Source: Longimicrobiales bacterium | Lineage (GTDB): Bacteria > Gemmatimonadota > Gemmatimonadetes > Longimicrobiales > Gaopeijiaceae | Direction: 5' to 3' | Assembly (NCBI GenBank): GCA_965219445.1 | Contig: CBDCNQ010000003.1 | Coordinates: forward strand, 96,001-160,000 | Length of the DNA: 64,000 nt | Shown here: piece after piece, positions 19,206 through 29,941 of the stretch | How the letters are laid out: every line of letters begins with the position of its first letter | Numbering within the stretch: position 1 is the first letter of the stretch | The notes under the pieces: model-generated | Seen by the model: the letters and a program-made list of their open reading frames with translations, nothing else | The model's database searches: none | Told to the model about the DNA's origin: nothing | Translations under genes and position numbers: made by a program

Positions 19206-20564
19206 CTAGGCAGGTGACAGCATCGCTGTGTTCAGGGTCACTGAATATAGTTCGCGGCCCGCCGCATTCTGAAACTGGGCGACGAGAGTCGCGGGCGTCA
19301 AAGTCGTATCCACGGTGATGAGGAGAAAAGCGTGCGGCTCACCCGAGTCGTGTACCAATGCCGGATGTGGCGCATTCGCGGTGTCGATCACGCCCCCATG
19401 CACGGGCGACGTGACGAGTTCCGTGAGTGGATATCCGGCGATCTCAGTCGTCTCATATCGTAGGACACGGGTCCGATGAATATCTCCCCCGGCCAGCACG
19501 ACCCCGGGGATTCTCTCTTCTCCAATAAAGCGAAAAAGTGCTTCTCGCTCGTGCGGATAGGTTCCCCAGTGATCAAGTTTACCGGGTCGCACTGCCCCAT
19601 TCCATATCATCCCGGACACCAACAATTTGAAGGGGGCCGTCGATGCGCTCAGTTCCTGGCGCAGCCAATCCCACTGTCGCCTACCGAGCAACGTGGGTTG
19701 GCCAGACGCAAATGGCGAGGGCTCGGTAGCTGCAAAATATCGAGCGTCGAGCAGGAACACTTCGATGCCGCCCCGCCGAAACTTGGTGTAGATTCCCTGG
19801 TTGTCCTCTCCGTACGACGGATTGGCGTGATACTCGATGAAGGCCCGGCGCGAATTATCCTTTCCGTCGAGTCGCCCGTTGGTGTCATTCGCTCCGAAAT
19901 CGTGGTCGTCCCATGTGGCATAGAGGGGCCTTGTTCGCAGCAGACTGGCGAAGTCGGGGACCGCCGCGAATTCGCTGTATCGGGTTCGCTGAACGTCCAG
20001 CACCGTCGAATCGATATAGGGTGTATCCCCCAAGAGCACGACGGCGTCGGGGTCCGAGGCGGACATTCGACGCCACACCGCGGACGACCCGGGATCCTCG
20101 CGTGCACACGATCCCAGCGCCAACCTGGTAAGCGTCGGCGCTTCCTGGCTCGAGGGGGTCACAAAGAAAGTGTCCTCGTCGCCCAAAATCGACTGTCCCT
20201 GAAAGGTGATCTCGTAACTGTATCTCCTTTCGGCCTGAAGCCCGCTCACTCGCCAGACGACGCACCGATCGTTTTCGGCTACTGCCTCTGCCGTCGCGCC
20301 GAACTCCTCGCCCTCATCGATTCCACGAGCAGTGAGGCGATAGGTCCCCGGCATTGAACACTTGGCCCACACCCTAGCGCTGGTCGGGGTCAGGTCGCCG
20401 ACGAACGGCCCGTGGGAAAGGCCAGATTGGGCGGAACGGGTCGTTTTGGTGGCCCCGTAGGCGGCCACCGACCCACCGGTCAGGGCGGCTGCGATGCGCC
20501 GGCCCATAGCGGAAACGCCCGCCACGGCTGAACCGAGGAGAAAACCTCTTCGTGTCGGAGTCAT
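19206..20564 (-). CDS. phoD: Alkaline phosphatase D family protein, Tat-exported
   Basis: TRRGFL, GSC, LLGDTPY, WDDHD, LLDARY, GDIH. Confidence 0.88.
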   Translation of the reverse strand: MTPTRRGFLLGSAVAGVSAMGRRIAAALTGGSVAAYGATKTTRSAQSGLSHGPFVGDLTPTSARVWAKCSMPGTYRLTARGIDEGEEFGATAEAVAENDRCVVWRVSGLQAERRYSYEITFQGQSILGDEDTFFVTPSSQEAPTLTRLALGSCAREDPGSSAVWRRMSASDPDAVVLLGDTPYIDSTVLDVQRTRYSEFAAVPDFASLLRTRPLYATWDDHDFGANDTNGRLDGKDNSRRAFIEYHANPSYGEDNQGIYTKFRRGGIEVFLLDARYFAATEPSPFASGQPTLLGRRQWDWLRQELSASTAPFKLLVSGMIWNGAVRPGKLDHWGTYPHEREALFRFIGEERIPGVVLAGGDIHRTRVLRYETTEIAGYPLTELVTSPVHGGVIDTANAPHPALVHDSGEPHAFLLITVDTTLTPATLVAQFQNAAGRELYSVTLNTAMLSPA

Positions 20565-20590
20565 GGAAAAACCCTCCTAGATTGATCTGG

Positions 20591-22033
20591 TTAACCTGCC
20601 GCTTGGCACTGGGCCTCCCAACGGGCCCGCATCGCGGGCCGGTCGATCTCATCACCTCTGAGGTAGACCCGGGAGATCCTCCGAGTATTCCGGATGTCGT
20701 CCAGCGGATTGGCATCGAGCACGACGAAGTCCGCGGACTTTCCTTCCGCCACGGAGCCGAGGTCATCACGCCCCAGCAACTGGGCGCCCGCACTGGTCGC
20801 TGCCACGATCGCTTCGTGGGGGGTCATCCCGACCCATTTCACGTAGGACTCCAGCTCCATGTGGCTTCCCCATCCCAGGATCCGGTTCCCCCCGGCATCG
20901 TGGCTTCCCAGCGCGAAACGCACCCCCGCCTCGAAAAAGGTCCTCGCATTTTCGCCGCGGATTCCGCCCGTGGGAGACGACCCCGTCCCGCGGCTCTCGA
21001 ACTGCCGGCCCCAGCTGTCGAGAAACGCGGGGCACTTGATCGCCTGGAGGAGTGGATCGTCGAGCCAATCCGGACGCTGTCCCGCGCCCCGCTGTCCCGC
21101 GCCGCCTCTGCCGGCCGGAGTGAGGACGGGGAGGTACCAGAGATCAGGCCGTTCCTCGAGTAACGTCAACAGCTCCTCGTCGGCGGGCACATCCGCGATC
21201 GGGTGGGTCCACATGTCCACCCCAGCACGTAGGAGGTCTTTCAACTCCGGCACGGTCTTGACGTGGGCCATGATGCGCAGGCCGTGCCTGTGAGCCTCGG
21301 CGACGGCGGCTTTGGAGATGTCCGGAGTCAGTACGAAGGGTCCCTTGCGTCCGGGGACCTGGAAGCCGTCCCGGTCCTCGACCCAGAGCTTCACGAAGGG
21401 GACGTCGTGCTCGGCCAGTTCCCGGACAGCCACCTCGGCCATCCACGGAGTGAAGATGGCATAGGGAGTATCATTTCTCGCGGCCACGATAGGTCCGGTC
21501 CCCGGCCAGGCCAAGCCCCGACCGACTGTCTCGAATCGAGCCCCGGTAAAAGACGGCTGTTCCGAATCCTCTCGCATATGCCACACCCACTCATCCGGCG
21601 GATCGGACCCGAGGCTTACCGTGATGGCATGTCCCGTGTACGCATACCGTTCCAGGTGGTCGATGAGGTTCGCGCGCGTGTAGTTCTCCTTCAACTGGGT
21701 GTTTTCCGGCACCCTCTCGTACCCGACGTGGCTGTGGATATCGACGAACGTCGGCATGACCGTCTTGCCGGTCAGGTCGATGCGGACCGCGCCGTCTGGA
21801 GCCTCGATCTCGCCCGCCCTGCCGACCATCGCGAACCTGGTCCCCTCGACGAGGAACGCGGAGTTCTCGACTGGCGTGCTGCCGTCGCCTACGACGAGTC
21901 GGGCGCCCTCGAACAACGTCACGCTCTCTCTGCCGGAGAGCTGGCTCTCACCGCTTTCCAGTGAGCAGGCCACCACCAGGCCTGCGAGGGCGGCTGTCAA
22001 AAGACTCCGGGGCGCGTTTGTCGGACGGCACAT
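20591..22033 (-). CDS. Amidohydrolase family lipoprotein
   Basis: DIHSHVG, VKLWVED, EGKSADFVVLDANPLDDI; lipobox VVAC; GGGAGG RBS before ATG 22033. Confidence 0.85.
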   Translation of the reverse strand: MCRPTNAPRSLLTAALAGLVVACSLESGESQLSGRESVTLFEGARLVVGDGSTPVENSAFLVEGTRFAMVGRAGEIEAPDGAVRIDLTGKTVMPTFVDIHSHVGYERVPENTQLKENYTRANLIDHLERYAYTGHAITVSLGSDPPDEWVWHMREDSEQPSFTGARFETVGRGLAWPGTGPIVAARNDTPYAIFTPWMAEVAVRELAEHDVPFVKLWVEDRDGFQVPGRKGPFVLTPDISKAAVAEAHRHGLRIMAHVKTVPELKDLLRAGVDMWTHPIADVPADEELLTLLEERPDLWYLPVLTPAGRGGAGQRGAGQRPDWLDDPLLQAIKCPAFLDSWGRQFESRGTGSSPTGGIRGENARTFFEAGVRFALGSHDAGGNRILGWGSHMELESYVKWVGMTPHEAIVAATSAGAQLLGRDDLGSVAEGKSADFVVLDANPLDDIRNTRRISRVYLRGDEIDRPAMRARWEAQCQAAG

Positions 22034-22129
22034 GCGAACCTCCCAAGTCATCAATCTGATCATGCTCCAGCCGCCCATATCATAGATTCCGGCGATGTTA
22101 TCGTCTAGTGGTTCCACCGCCACAGTCCG

Positions 22130-23486
22130 TTACATAGAGCCGGCCATGAACGTGGCCCTCAGCGCCTCGCGATCGACTTCCTCTCCCCTCAGATACACCT
22201 GAGAGATCTCCCGTGTGTTGTTGATGTCGTCCAGAGGGTTGGCGTCCAGTACCACGAAATCGGCACTCTTTCCCGGTGCCACCATCCCGAGCTGATCGAG
22301 CCCGAGAATCTCGGCATTGGTCCGAGTCGCCGCGACAATCGCCTCCATAGGACTGAGCCCACAGCTCACCATGTCCCTCAACTCTGTGTGTGCGGTCCAG
22401 GCGACGCTCGTTCCCGAGTCCGTCCCCATCCCGATGATCATACCCGCTTCGTGATTCCTCCCCAGGTTGCGGCACTGAAGCTGAAAATTATCGTTCAGCC
22501 CGCCGGCTCCCGAAGCCGCCCTTCTCTCGATCTGGTCCCGCATCCTCTCGATCTCGTCCGGCAGCAGTGACTCGCTCAGCCACGGGAGGTCTTCCAGGAT
22601 CAAGGGGTTGCCCGGCAGATTCGGGATGGTCCAGACTTCGGGGTATTGCCTGACCAACGTCATGTATTCCTCATCGATGTCCCTATCACGCACCGTGTGG
22701 GCAAAGCCGTCGACGCCGGCCCGCAGGATGTCCTTGGCGTCCGCGAGGGCGCTCGTTGTTCCGACGTGCGCGACGACCCGCATTCCGTTCGCGTGCGCTT
22801 GGTCGACGATCGCCCGTAGCACGTTCGGCTCAACTTTCGGTACTCGGCCCCCTCTGTCGTCGACCCACACCTTCACGAGATCCACGTTGTTGGCATGCAG
22901 CTCCTGGACGGCGGCCCTGCCCTCAGCTTCGGTCATCGCGCCCCGAGGAATCCCGAGACGATACTCTGACGGGGGGCCCGCCATTGGGGTCCCAGCGATC
23001 CCGCGACCGGACGTCAGAAAGAGCGCCGCGTTCGGGATCACCTCTTCGCGTAACTCGAACGCGAGCTCCTCATCATACTCGAGGCCCAGGCTCATCGAGG
23101 CTGCCACGCCGTGGTACGCTGACCGTTCCAGATGATCGATGAGGTTCTCACGCGTGTAATTGTCTTTACTGTTCGTGCGTTCCCTTACGTTCGTGAGCCC
23201 GATGTGGTTGTGAGCATCGATCAATGCCGGGATCACTGTTTTGCCCGTCAGGTCCACCTGAACCGAACCTTCAGGGGGCTCGGCCTCACCCTGTCGGCCG
23301 ACCCAGGTGAACCGGTCGCCCTCGAGAAGGAATGCAGCATTCTCGATGGGTGCGTTGCCATCACCGACGATGAGCCGCGCACCTTCGAACCAGAGCGCAC
23401 CGGTGGTGTCCGACGGCCCGGCGTCCGGAGGAACAGGCCACGGAAAACACCAGCAAGCTGTACGAGAGAATCCTCGAATGTGACAC
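22130..23486 (-). pseudogene. Amidohydrolase lipoprotein paralog, frameshifted just after the signal peptide
   Basis: GTG 23486 (AAGGG RBS) gives MSHSRILSYSLLVFSVAC in a different frame from the body (DAHNHIG, GTDSG, PGKSADFVVLD); shift near 23428. Confidence 0.7.
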
Positions 23487-23736
23487 GATACCCTTCCCTT
23501 GGACGAACGGCGTGGGGCACGGCGAACATAGGACGTCGCGTCTCGTTTCCACAACTCGCCTCACGTCCTACGCCGATCCGTGTCTGGCATGGGCGTCAGG
23601 CGCGGCCTATACTTCTGATCCGCCGTACCACGGAAGACTCTCCCGCCGCGGGCCGGGCGCGCCCTTCGCCGGGTGGCCCTCCGGGTGACGAGGACATCCA
23701 TTCCGTCATGGGCACCAGAGCCCAGAGGAGCGAACC

Positions 23737-24180
23737 ATGGCAGCCAGGAAGAAGTTCTTATTCGCTTGCGTGGCGACCGTTTTTGGAGCGGGTTTCATGG
23801 TGGGAAGCACGGTGCGAGGCACACAAGCTGTTCAAGCACAGTCCGCCATGCGCGTCTTCGAGCTGAGAACCTATACGGCTCCCGAGGGCAAGCTGGTCAA
23901 CCTTCAAGCCCGGTTCCGCGATCACACGACGCGCCTGTTCGAACGACACGGGATAACGAACATCGGTTACTGGACCCCACAGGACGCACCGACATCGTCG
24001 AATACCCTGGTCTACATTATCTCGCACAGGAGCCGCGAAGCGGCCGAGGCGAGCTGGGCGAACTTCCGAAACGACCCTGAGTGGCAGCGGGTCAGCCGCG
24101 AGTCCCAGGTGGACGGGCGGATCGTAAGCAATGTGGAGTCAATATTCCTCGATCCGACGGACTATTCCCCCATGAAGTGA
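23737..24180 (+). CDS. NIPSNAP family protein with signal peptide
   Basis: FELRTY, RFRDHT..LFERHG, F.NDPEW, PTDYSP. Confidence 0.9.
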   Translation: MAARKKFLFACVATVFGAGFMVGSTVRGTQAVQAQSAMRVFELRTYTAPEGKLVNLQARFRDHTTRLFERHGITNIGYWTPQDAPTSSNTLVYIISHRSREAAEASWANFRNDPEWQRVSRESQVDGRIVSNVESIFLDPTDYSPMK

Positions 24181-24244
24181 TGCGGGCTGACACCCGCATA
24201 GAATCCCAGGACACGAACGGTAAATCCCCGGAAAGGAGCAGACG

Positions 24245-25060
24245 ATGACCCGCTTTGGCAAGATTCTATCGACCCTCACGTTCGCGGGAGTGGCATTGGC
24301 GTTGGGGTGCGGGACGGAGGGCGCTCGGGATGTCTCGGACGCCAACGCCGCGCAGGCCTCCGGGTCGATGTCGGCTCAGCAAACTGGCGGCGGTCCGTAC
24401 CCGGCCGCGCCCTATCTCTCGGAGCTGGAGGGGACCCTTCTCTTCGGGGACATCTGGGAGCGTCCCGGACTCTCCCGACGTGACCGCAGTCTGGTGACGG
24501 TAGCGGTAACACAGGCTCTCTACCGCACTGAGGAATTACGGGAGTATTTGGGCCGGGCGCTCGACAACGGCGTGACTCGAGAGGAGATCGCCGAGCTCAT
24601 GACTCACGTAACCATGTACTCCGGTTGGCCGACGGGATCCAATGCATCTCGTGTGGCGATCGATGTGTACGAAAGGCGTGGTCTGGACTTTCCCCCGCCG
24701 GCCGATCCGGTGACCCTAGACGTAGACCTGCGTGGGCGGCGCCCCGGGTATCCAGCTATCCCCTATCTCTCGGCCCTGACCAGGACCGTCCTGTTTGACG
24801 AGTCGGACGGCGTTTGGACTCGTCCAGGCTTGTCACCAAGGGACCGCAGCATGATCACGATCTCGGTAGGCCAGGCGCTGTACGCAACGGACCAACTGCG
24901 GGGACACCTGGGACGGGCACTGAACAACGGGCTGACACAGGAGGAAATCCAAGAGGTCATTACGCACGTCACCTTCTACGCGGGGTGGCCAACGGGATCC
25001 AACGCCGCTCGGGTCGCAGCGGAGGTGTTTGAGGAGCGCGGTCTGCCCCTTGGGCAATAA
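24245..25060 (+). CDS. Two-domain carboxymuconolactone decarboxylase-family lipoprotein
   Basis: W.RPGLS.RDRS...ALxNG.T.EEI...H...Y.GWP occurs twice; lipobox ALGC. Confidence 0.85.
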   Translation: MTRFGKILSTLTFAGVALALGCGTEGARDVSDANAAQASGSMSAQQTGGGPYPAAPYLSELEGTLLFGDIWERPGLSRRDRSLVTVAVTQALYRTEELREYLGRALDNGVTREEIAELMTHVTMYSGWPTGSNASRVAIDVYERRGLDFPPPADPVTLDVDLRGRRPGYPAIPYLSALTRTVLFDESDGVWTRPGLSPRDRSMITISVGQALYATDQLRGHLGRALNNGLTQEEIQEVITHVTFYAGWPTGSNAARVAAEVFEERGLPLGQ

Positions 25061-25094
25061 GAGCGCCCTTCTAGACCACCGTCAGGAGGCATGA

Positions 25095-27329
25095 ATGGAT
25101 CACATTCGGAAGAGGTGGGAGACTGCCCGCAGCGGCGGCCGGGCGCTCACCCTCCTTTCTTTGGGTCTCGCCTTGTCCCCAAATAGCGCCACGGCGCAGG
25201 GGGTGAGTAGCGCACGCCAAGCCCCGTATACCCTGGAGCAGGCAGCGACGGGTGCGCAGGTCTACGAGACGGCGTGCGCGGCATGTCACCTTTCGGGTCT
25301 GCAGGGTTCGTCCGAGGCTCCGGAACTGGCAGGCCGAAACTTCCGGAACCAATGGGGAGACCGTCCGGTAGGGGACCTTCTTACGTACGCAAGGCGGACG
25401 ATGCCCCCAGCAGCTCCCGGGTCCATCAGTGATGAAGAGTACGTGGCTGTGGTGGCGTACCTTATGCGATCCAATGGCGCGAGCCAGGACGAGGAATCCT
25501 TAACTTTCTCCACGCAGGGCCTGGCTCTTCGGGCGGAGGGCACGTTGGCCGGCGCTGGGGATGCTCCGGGGGCGGCCGGCATCCGGCCGGCCCCCGGTCG
25601 CCTCGGCACGATCCCCTCCGCTCAGGGCGTGGCGCGAGCGCCCGAGGTGATCGGCCGACTCTACGAGACTCCAACCTCCAGGACCGAGACGTTTGTTTCA
25701 GTAGATAGGTTCGATCCGGTTTCGGATGCTGAACTCCTTTCCCCACCTCCCGGTGATTGGCTTCACTGGCGCGGGAATCCAAGCTCCTGGGGATACAGCC
25801 GTCTCGACCAGATCAATACACAGAACGTCCAAGATCTCCAGCTCGCTTGGGTCTGGCAGATGGAGGTCGACGAACTGAGGGGTTGGCAGGGTCCTTTGGT
25901 CCGGGACGGGATCCTCTTCCTGAGCAATCCAAGGAACGTCGTCCAAGCGCTCGACGCGACGGACGGAACCCTGCTCTGGGAGTATCAGCGCCGATTTCCG
26001 GATGCCGACAGCGGGATAAACCTCCGGACTCTCGCGATCTGGGAAGACCTGATCTTCGTTGCGACTCGCGACGCCCACATGGTGGCTCTGGATGCGCGGA
26101 CGGGGGGGCTGCGCTGGGAGACACGGCTTGCCGACTCGCGTCAGGGATACACGAACAGCACCGGGCCGATTGTCGCGGGCGGAAAGGTGATCAACGGGAT
26201 AAATGGGTGCCAACGCTACTTCGAAGAGACCTGCTTCATCACAGCCCATGACGCCCGAACCGGCGTGGAGCTCTGGCGCACTCATACAGTGGCCCGTCCG
26301 GGCGAGCCGGGGGGGGACACCTGGGGTGACCTCCGCACGGGGTTGCGGGGTGGGGGAGACGTCTGGAACGGGGGGAGCTGGGATCCGAATCTGAATCTCG
26401 TGTACTTCGGCGTGGCCCAAGCCAAGCCCTGGGTTGCGGCGAGCCGGGGACTCACGGCGGCCGACTCGGCCCTCTACACCAACTCGACGCTGGCGCTCGA
26501 CGCCGACGACGGGCGGATCGTGTGGTACCGCCAGCACGTGCCGGGCGAAAGCCTAGACCTGGATGAAGGGATGGATCAGGTGTTGGTGGACGTCGAGGGG
26601 GTGCCGACGTTGCTGACGATGGGGAAGTACGGGATCCTATGGAAGCTCGACCGGAGGGACGGGTCGTTCTTGGGGCTCAAGGATTCCGGCATCCAGAACG
26701 CTTTTGCAGACGTGGACCCTGAGACGGGGGCTGTGCGCTACCGGGACGATATTCAACGTGCGCGCACCGGCGACTGGATCTCTGTGTGCCCCTCGACGGC
26801 CGGTGCTCACAACTGGCACTCCAGCTCCTATCACCCGGACACGCGCCTGCTGGTAATCCCGATGGGCCAGAGCTGCATGGAGATCGCCGGCCGAGAGGCC
26901 GTGCTCGAAGAGGGCTTGGGTGGCGCGGGAGCGAGCAGGGTCTACATGGAGATGCCGGGCACGAACGGGCGCTTCGGGAAGCTCGCGGCCTACCACGTAG
27001 AGACCATGGAGGAAGTTTGGAGTGTGGAGCAAAGGGCACCGTTCCTTACCGCTGCTCTCACGACGGCCGGCGGGCTCGCGTTCGCCGGGGGTTACGACCG
27101 GTGGATTCGCGCCTACGACGTGGAGGCTGGGCGGGTCCTGTGGGAAAGCCGATTGGGCAGCCCGGTGGGAGGTTATCCGATCACGTACGAGGTGGACGGG
27201 GTACAGTACCTGGCAGTGGCTACGGCTACGGGCGGGGGCACGGCCCATCGGATCGGCATCTTCCTCACTCCTGAGTTTCGGATCCGCGAGAATAACGCGC
27301 TCTACGTCTTTAGATTGGGTGCGCCCTGA
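25095..27329 (+). CDS. N-terminal cytochrome c fused to a PQQ-dependent dehydrogenase
   Basis: CAACH and [44 protein letters not shown]. Confidence 0.88.
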   Translation: MDHIRKRWETARSGGRALTLLSLGLALSPNSATAQGVSSARQAPYTLEQAATGAQVYETACAACHLSGLQGSSEAPELAGRNFRNQWGDRPVGDLLTYARRTMPPAAPGSISDEEYVAVVAYLMRSNGASQDEESLTFSTQGLALRAEGTLAGAGDAPGAAGIRPAPGRLGTIPSAQGVARAPEVIGRLYETPTSRTETFVSVDRFDPVSDAELLSPPPGDWLHWRGNPSSWGYSRLDQINTQNVQDLQLAWVWQMEVDELRGWQGPLVRDGILFLSNPRNVVQALDATDGTLLWEYQRRFPDADSGINLRTLAIWEDLIFVATRDAHMVALDARTGGLRWETRLADSRQGYTNSTGPIVAGGKVINGINGCQRYFEETCFITAHDARTGVELWRTHTVARPGEPGGDTWGDLRTGLRGGGDVWNGGSWDPNLNLVYFGVAQAKPWVAASRGLTAADSALYTNSTLALDADDGRIVWYRQHVPGESLDLDEGMDQVLVDVEGVPTLLTMGKYGILWKLDRRDGSFLGLKDSGIQNAFADVDPETGAVRYRDDIQRARTGDWISVCPSTAGAHNWHSSSYHPDTRLLVIPMGQSCMEIAGREAVLEEGLGGAGASRVYMEMPGTNGRFGKLAAYHVETMEEVWSVEQRAPFLTAALTTAGGLAFAGGYDRWIRAYDVEAGRVLWESRLGSPVGGYPITYEVDGVQYLAVATATGGGTAHRIGIFLTPEFRIRENNALYVFRLGAP

Positions 27330-27517
27330 GCCGTGAGCCTAAGTGGGCTACCTCCATTGGGATGGTTGGGTGCCGGGTCCGGCGGGTGTAGGGGCTCGCC
27401 ATACAGCATCTTGTGAATACATGACGTGTCCTTATAGTATGGGTTTGTGCTTAGTAGTATGGGTAGATAAGCGGAGATGATTCTCACCGTTCGACGGAGA
27501 GCAAGGAGGCCAGGGCC

Positions 27518-28984
27518 ATGAAGAGCGGAATCGGCAGGTTCCAGCGGAGTTCGAGGGCGCTCGGGGGGTTAGGATTGTTTACGTTGGTCATCGGGGCCGT
27601 TATGGCCGCCTATCCTGGGCCTGCTTCTGGACAGCACTCCGACGGCCTCGTCACCTTCACGAGAGACGTGGCGCCGATCCTCCAGAATAAGTGCCAGACA
27701 TGCCATCGCGACGGTTCGATCGGGCCGAGGCCATGGACCACCTTTGAGGAGGTTCGCCCCTTCGCAGCGTTGATCAAGCACCGGGTGGTCACGCGGCAGA
27801 TGCCGCCCTGGCCGATGGACAAGACCGTTGGGATCCAGGAATTCAAGAACGACATCTCCCTAAGTGAAGAAGAGATCGGGACGATTGCTGAATGGGTTGA
27901 TTCCGGAGCGCCGATGGGGGATCCGGCGGACATGCCGGCACCGATCGATTGGGCGGCCTTTGAGGACTCTTGGCGGTACGAAGAGCATTTCGGTCGCCCG
28001 CCGGATATCGTGGTTGCTTCACCCAGGTATTTGGTGCCCGCGAACGAGTTGGATCACTGGCCTAGCCTCACGACGGACATACCGGGGCTTACGGATGCTC
28101 GGTGGATTCAGGGCGTTGAACTCAGGCCAGCGGACGCTGAAACACGGTATGTCTTTCACCACGCCAATCCCTCCATCATACAGGATGGGGGGAACGTTTC
28201 CACCGGGCATTCGGCGGCGGGAACGGTGGGATATATCTTCCCCGACGATACCGGACAGCGCCTTCTTCCGGATGCGAAACTCCGATTCGGTATGCACCTC
28301 TTCCCGATCGACAGGGACGTGAATGCCTCTTTGGTCCTCGGATTTTGGCTATATCCGGAGGGCGAGGTCCCGGAGTTTGCGACCCCAGGCGAAGTCCTAC
28401 ACGAGGCTAGCCAGAGTACGGGGTTCGGCCACGAGGTCACCTCAACGATGGGATTTGGCCCCGATCGTGGGAATGGGGGAGGAAGAGGCGGCGCGAGTAG
28501 CGATCCCCAATTCCCGCGTCAGGTGGATCTCCTGATCCCTCCGCACAGCACGGCAACCTTCCGCGGGGTTTACGTCATGGACAGGCCCGCCCGGATTCAC
28601 AGCCTCCGCGGGCATATGCACCTGCGAGGAAAGTACCAGATAATTGAGGCGATATACCCAGACGGTCGGTGGGAGGTGATCAACAAGCTCAATTGGCACC
28701 ACGGGTGGCAGACCGCCTTCCTCTACGAAGATCACGTGATGCCCCTGCTGCCCAAGGGCACCGTGCTCATGGTCACCAACGTGTTCGACAACACCGCGGA
28801 CAATCCGCACAATCCTGACCCCAATCAATGGGTCGTAAGGGGGGACCGAACGGTCGACGAAATGACCCACTCTCGAATCGGCATGACCTACTTCGATAAT
28901 GAAGAGGACTTCGAGAGACTGGTCCGAGAGCGGGCACAGCTCTTGGCCGAAAGAGAGAGCCAGGGGCCACTAGCGGGGGGGTAG
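27518..28984 (+). CDS. Cytochrome c / PHM-like copper monooxygenase fusion (A2)
   Basis: CQTCH, MPPW, VFHH, GMHL, GHMHLRG, DEMTH. Confidence 0.75.
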   Translation: MKSGIGRFQRSSRALGGLGLFTLVIGAVMAAYPGPASGQHSDGLVTFTRDVAPILQNKCQTCHRDGSIGPRPWTTFEEVRPFAALIKHRVVTRQMPPWPMDKTVGIQEFKNDISLSEEEIGTIAEWVDSGAPMGDPADMPAPIDWAAFEDSWRYEEHFGRPPDIVVASPRYLVPANELDHWPSLTTDIPGLTDARWIQGVELRPADAETRYVFHHANPSIIQDGGNVSTGHSAAGTVGYIFPDDTGQRLLPDAKLRFGMHLFPIDRDVNASLVLGFWLYPEGEVPEFATPGEVLHEASQSTGFGHEVTSTMGFGPDRGNGGGRGGASSDPQFPRQVDLLIPPHSTATFRGVYVMDRPARIHSLRGHMHLRGKYQIIEAIYPDGRWEVINKLNWHHGWQTAFLYEDHVMPLLPKGTVLMVTNVFDNTADNPHNPDPNQWVVRGDRTVDEMTHSRIGMTYFDNEEDFERLVRERAQLLAERESQGPLAGG

Positions 28985-28993
28985 AGCGACCTG

Positions 28994-29881
28994 ATGGGAT
29001 CGAGGTGTTTGGTGGGGGTTACCGTTCTCGCTGTTGGGCTGTCCGCAGCGGGGCCGCAACCTCTGGATGCGCAGGACAACCCGGCGTATGAGCCCGTGCA
29101 GGACCGGGTTCCGGGCACGGCCGGGGATTTGATGCTACGGAACCTGCGGCCATCCGGCCAGCCCATCATCCCTCTCTTTGATGGTTGGTTCCGGAACCCT
29201 GACGCTACCGTGGACTTGTGCTTCGGATACCACAATCTGAACACGGCTGAGGACGTTCAGATTCCACTGGGGTCCGACAACTTCATCGAGCCAGCTCGCT
29301 TCGACGCTGTTCAGCCGACCCACTTCGATCAGGTACCGGACATATACAGACGGCGCTTCTGCGTCTTCACGGTGCATCTGGACGACCTTGCCGACGCACC
29401 CGACGTGGTATGGACACTCCGGATTGGAGGCCGGGCCTACTCTGTTCCCGGGTCCAGCTCACAGCTCTACCGAATGGACGAGATCCAGCAGTCTTCCAGG
29501 GGGAATAGCGCACCCTTGGTCCGATTTGACGATGAGGGGCACAGAGGCCGAGCGACGATGATGGATGGGGAGACCGCCACCGCGAGGGTGGGCGATCCGC
29601 TGCCGCTGTCCATTTCGGTGAGTGATCCAGAGGGGATCCCGCTCGGGAGAACGCGGATTATCTGGGCCAAACATCAAGGGCCTGGCAACGTGACGTTCAG
29701 CGAGGAAGAGATCGAGGTGGTCGAGGAGGGGGTGCGCTTCACGCTCACCAGCACCGCGACCTTCAGCGAGGCCGGGGATTATGTGATCCGCGTGCAAGCT
29801 GTCGACTGGGATCTGGGCAACGCGTTTGGCTTCCACTGCTGCTGGACGAACCGCTACTTGAGCGTCTCTGTTACCGAGTAG
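28994..29881 (+). CDS. Secreted partner protein (B2)
   Basis: FDGW, CFGYHNLN, IPLGSDNF, QPTHF, CCWTNRY. Confidence 0.8.
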   Translation: MGSRCLVGVTVLAVGLSAAGPQPLDAQDNPAYEPVQDRVPGTAGDLMLRNLRPSGQPIIPLFDGWFRNPDATVDLCFGYHNLNTAEDVQIPLGSDNFIEPARFDAVQPTHFDQVPDIYRRRFCVFTVHLDDLADAPDVVWTLRIGGRAYSVPGSSSQLYRMDEIQQSSRGNSAPLVRFDDEGHRGRATMMDGETATARVGDPLPLSISVSDPEGIPLGRTRIIWAKHQGPGNVTFSEEEIEVVEEGVRFTLTSTATFSEAGDYVIRVQAVDWDLGNAFGFHCCWTNRYLSVSVTE

Positions 29882-29941
29882 TTGGCCGTACATCGCGCCT
29901 CGTGTGCCGCCGTCCAGCCTTTCGGGCGTCGAGGGGCGGGA

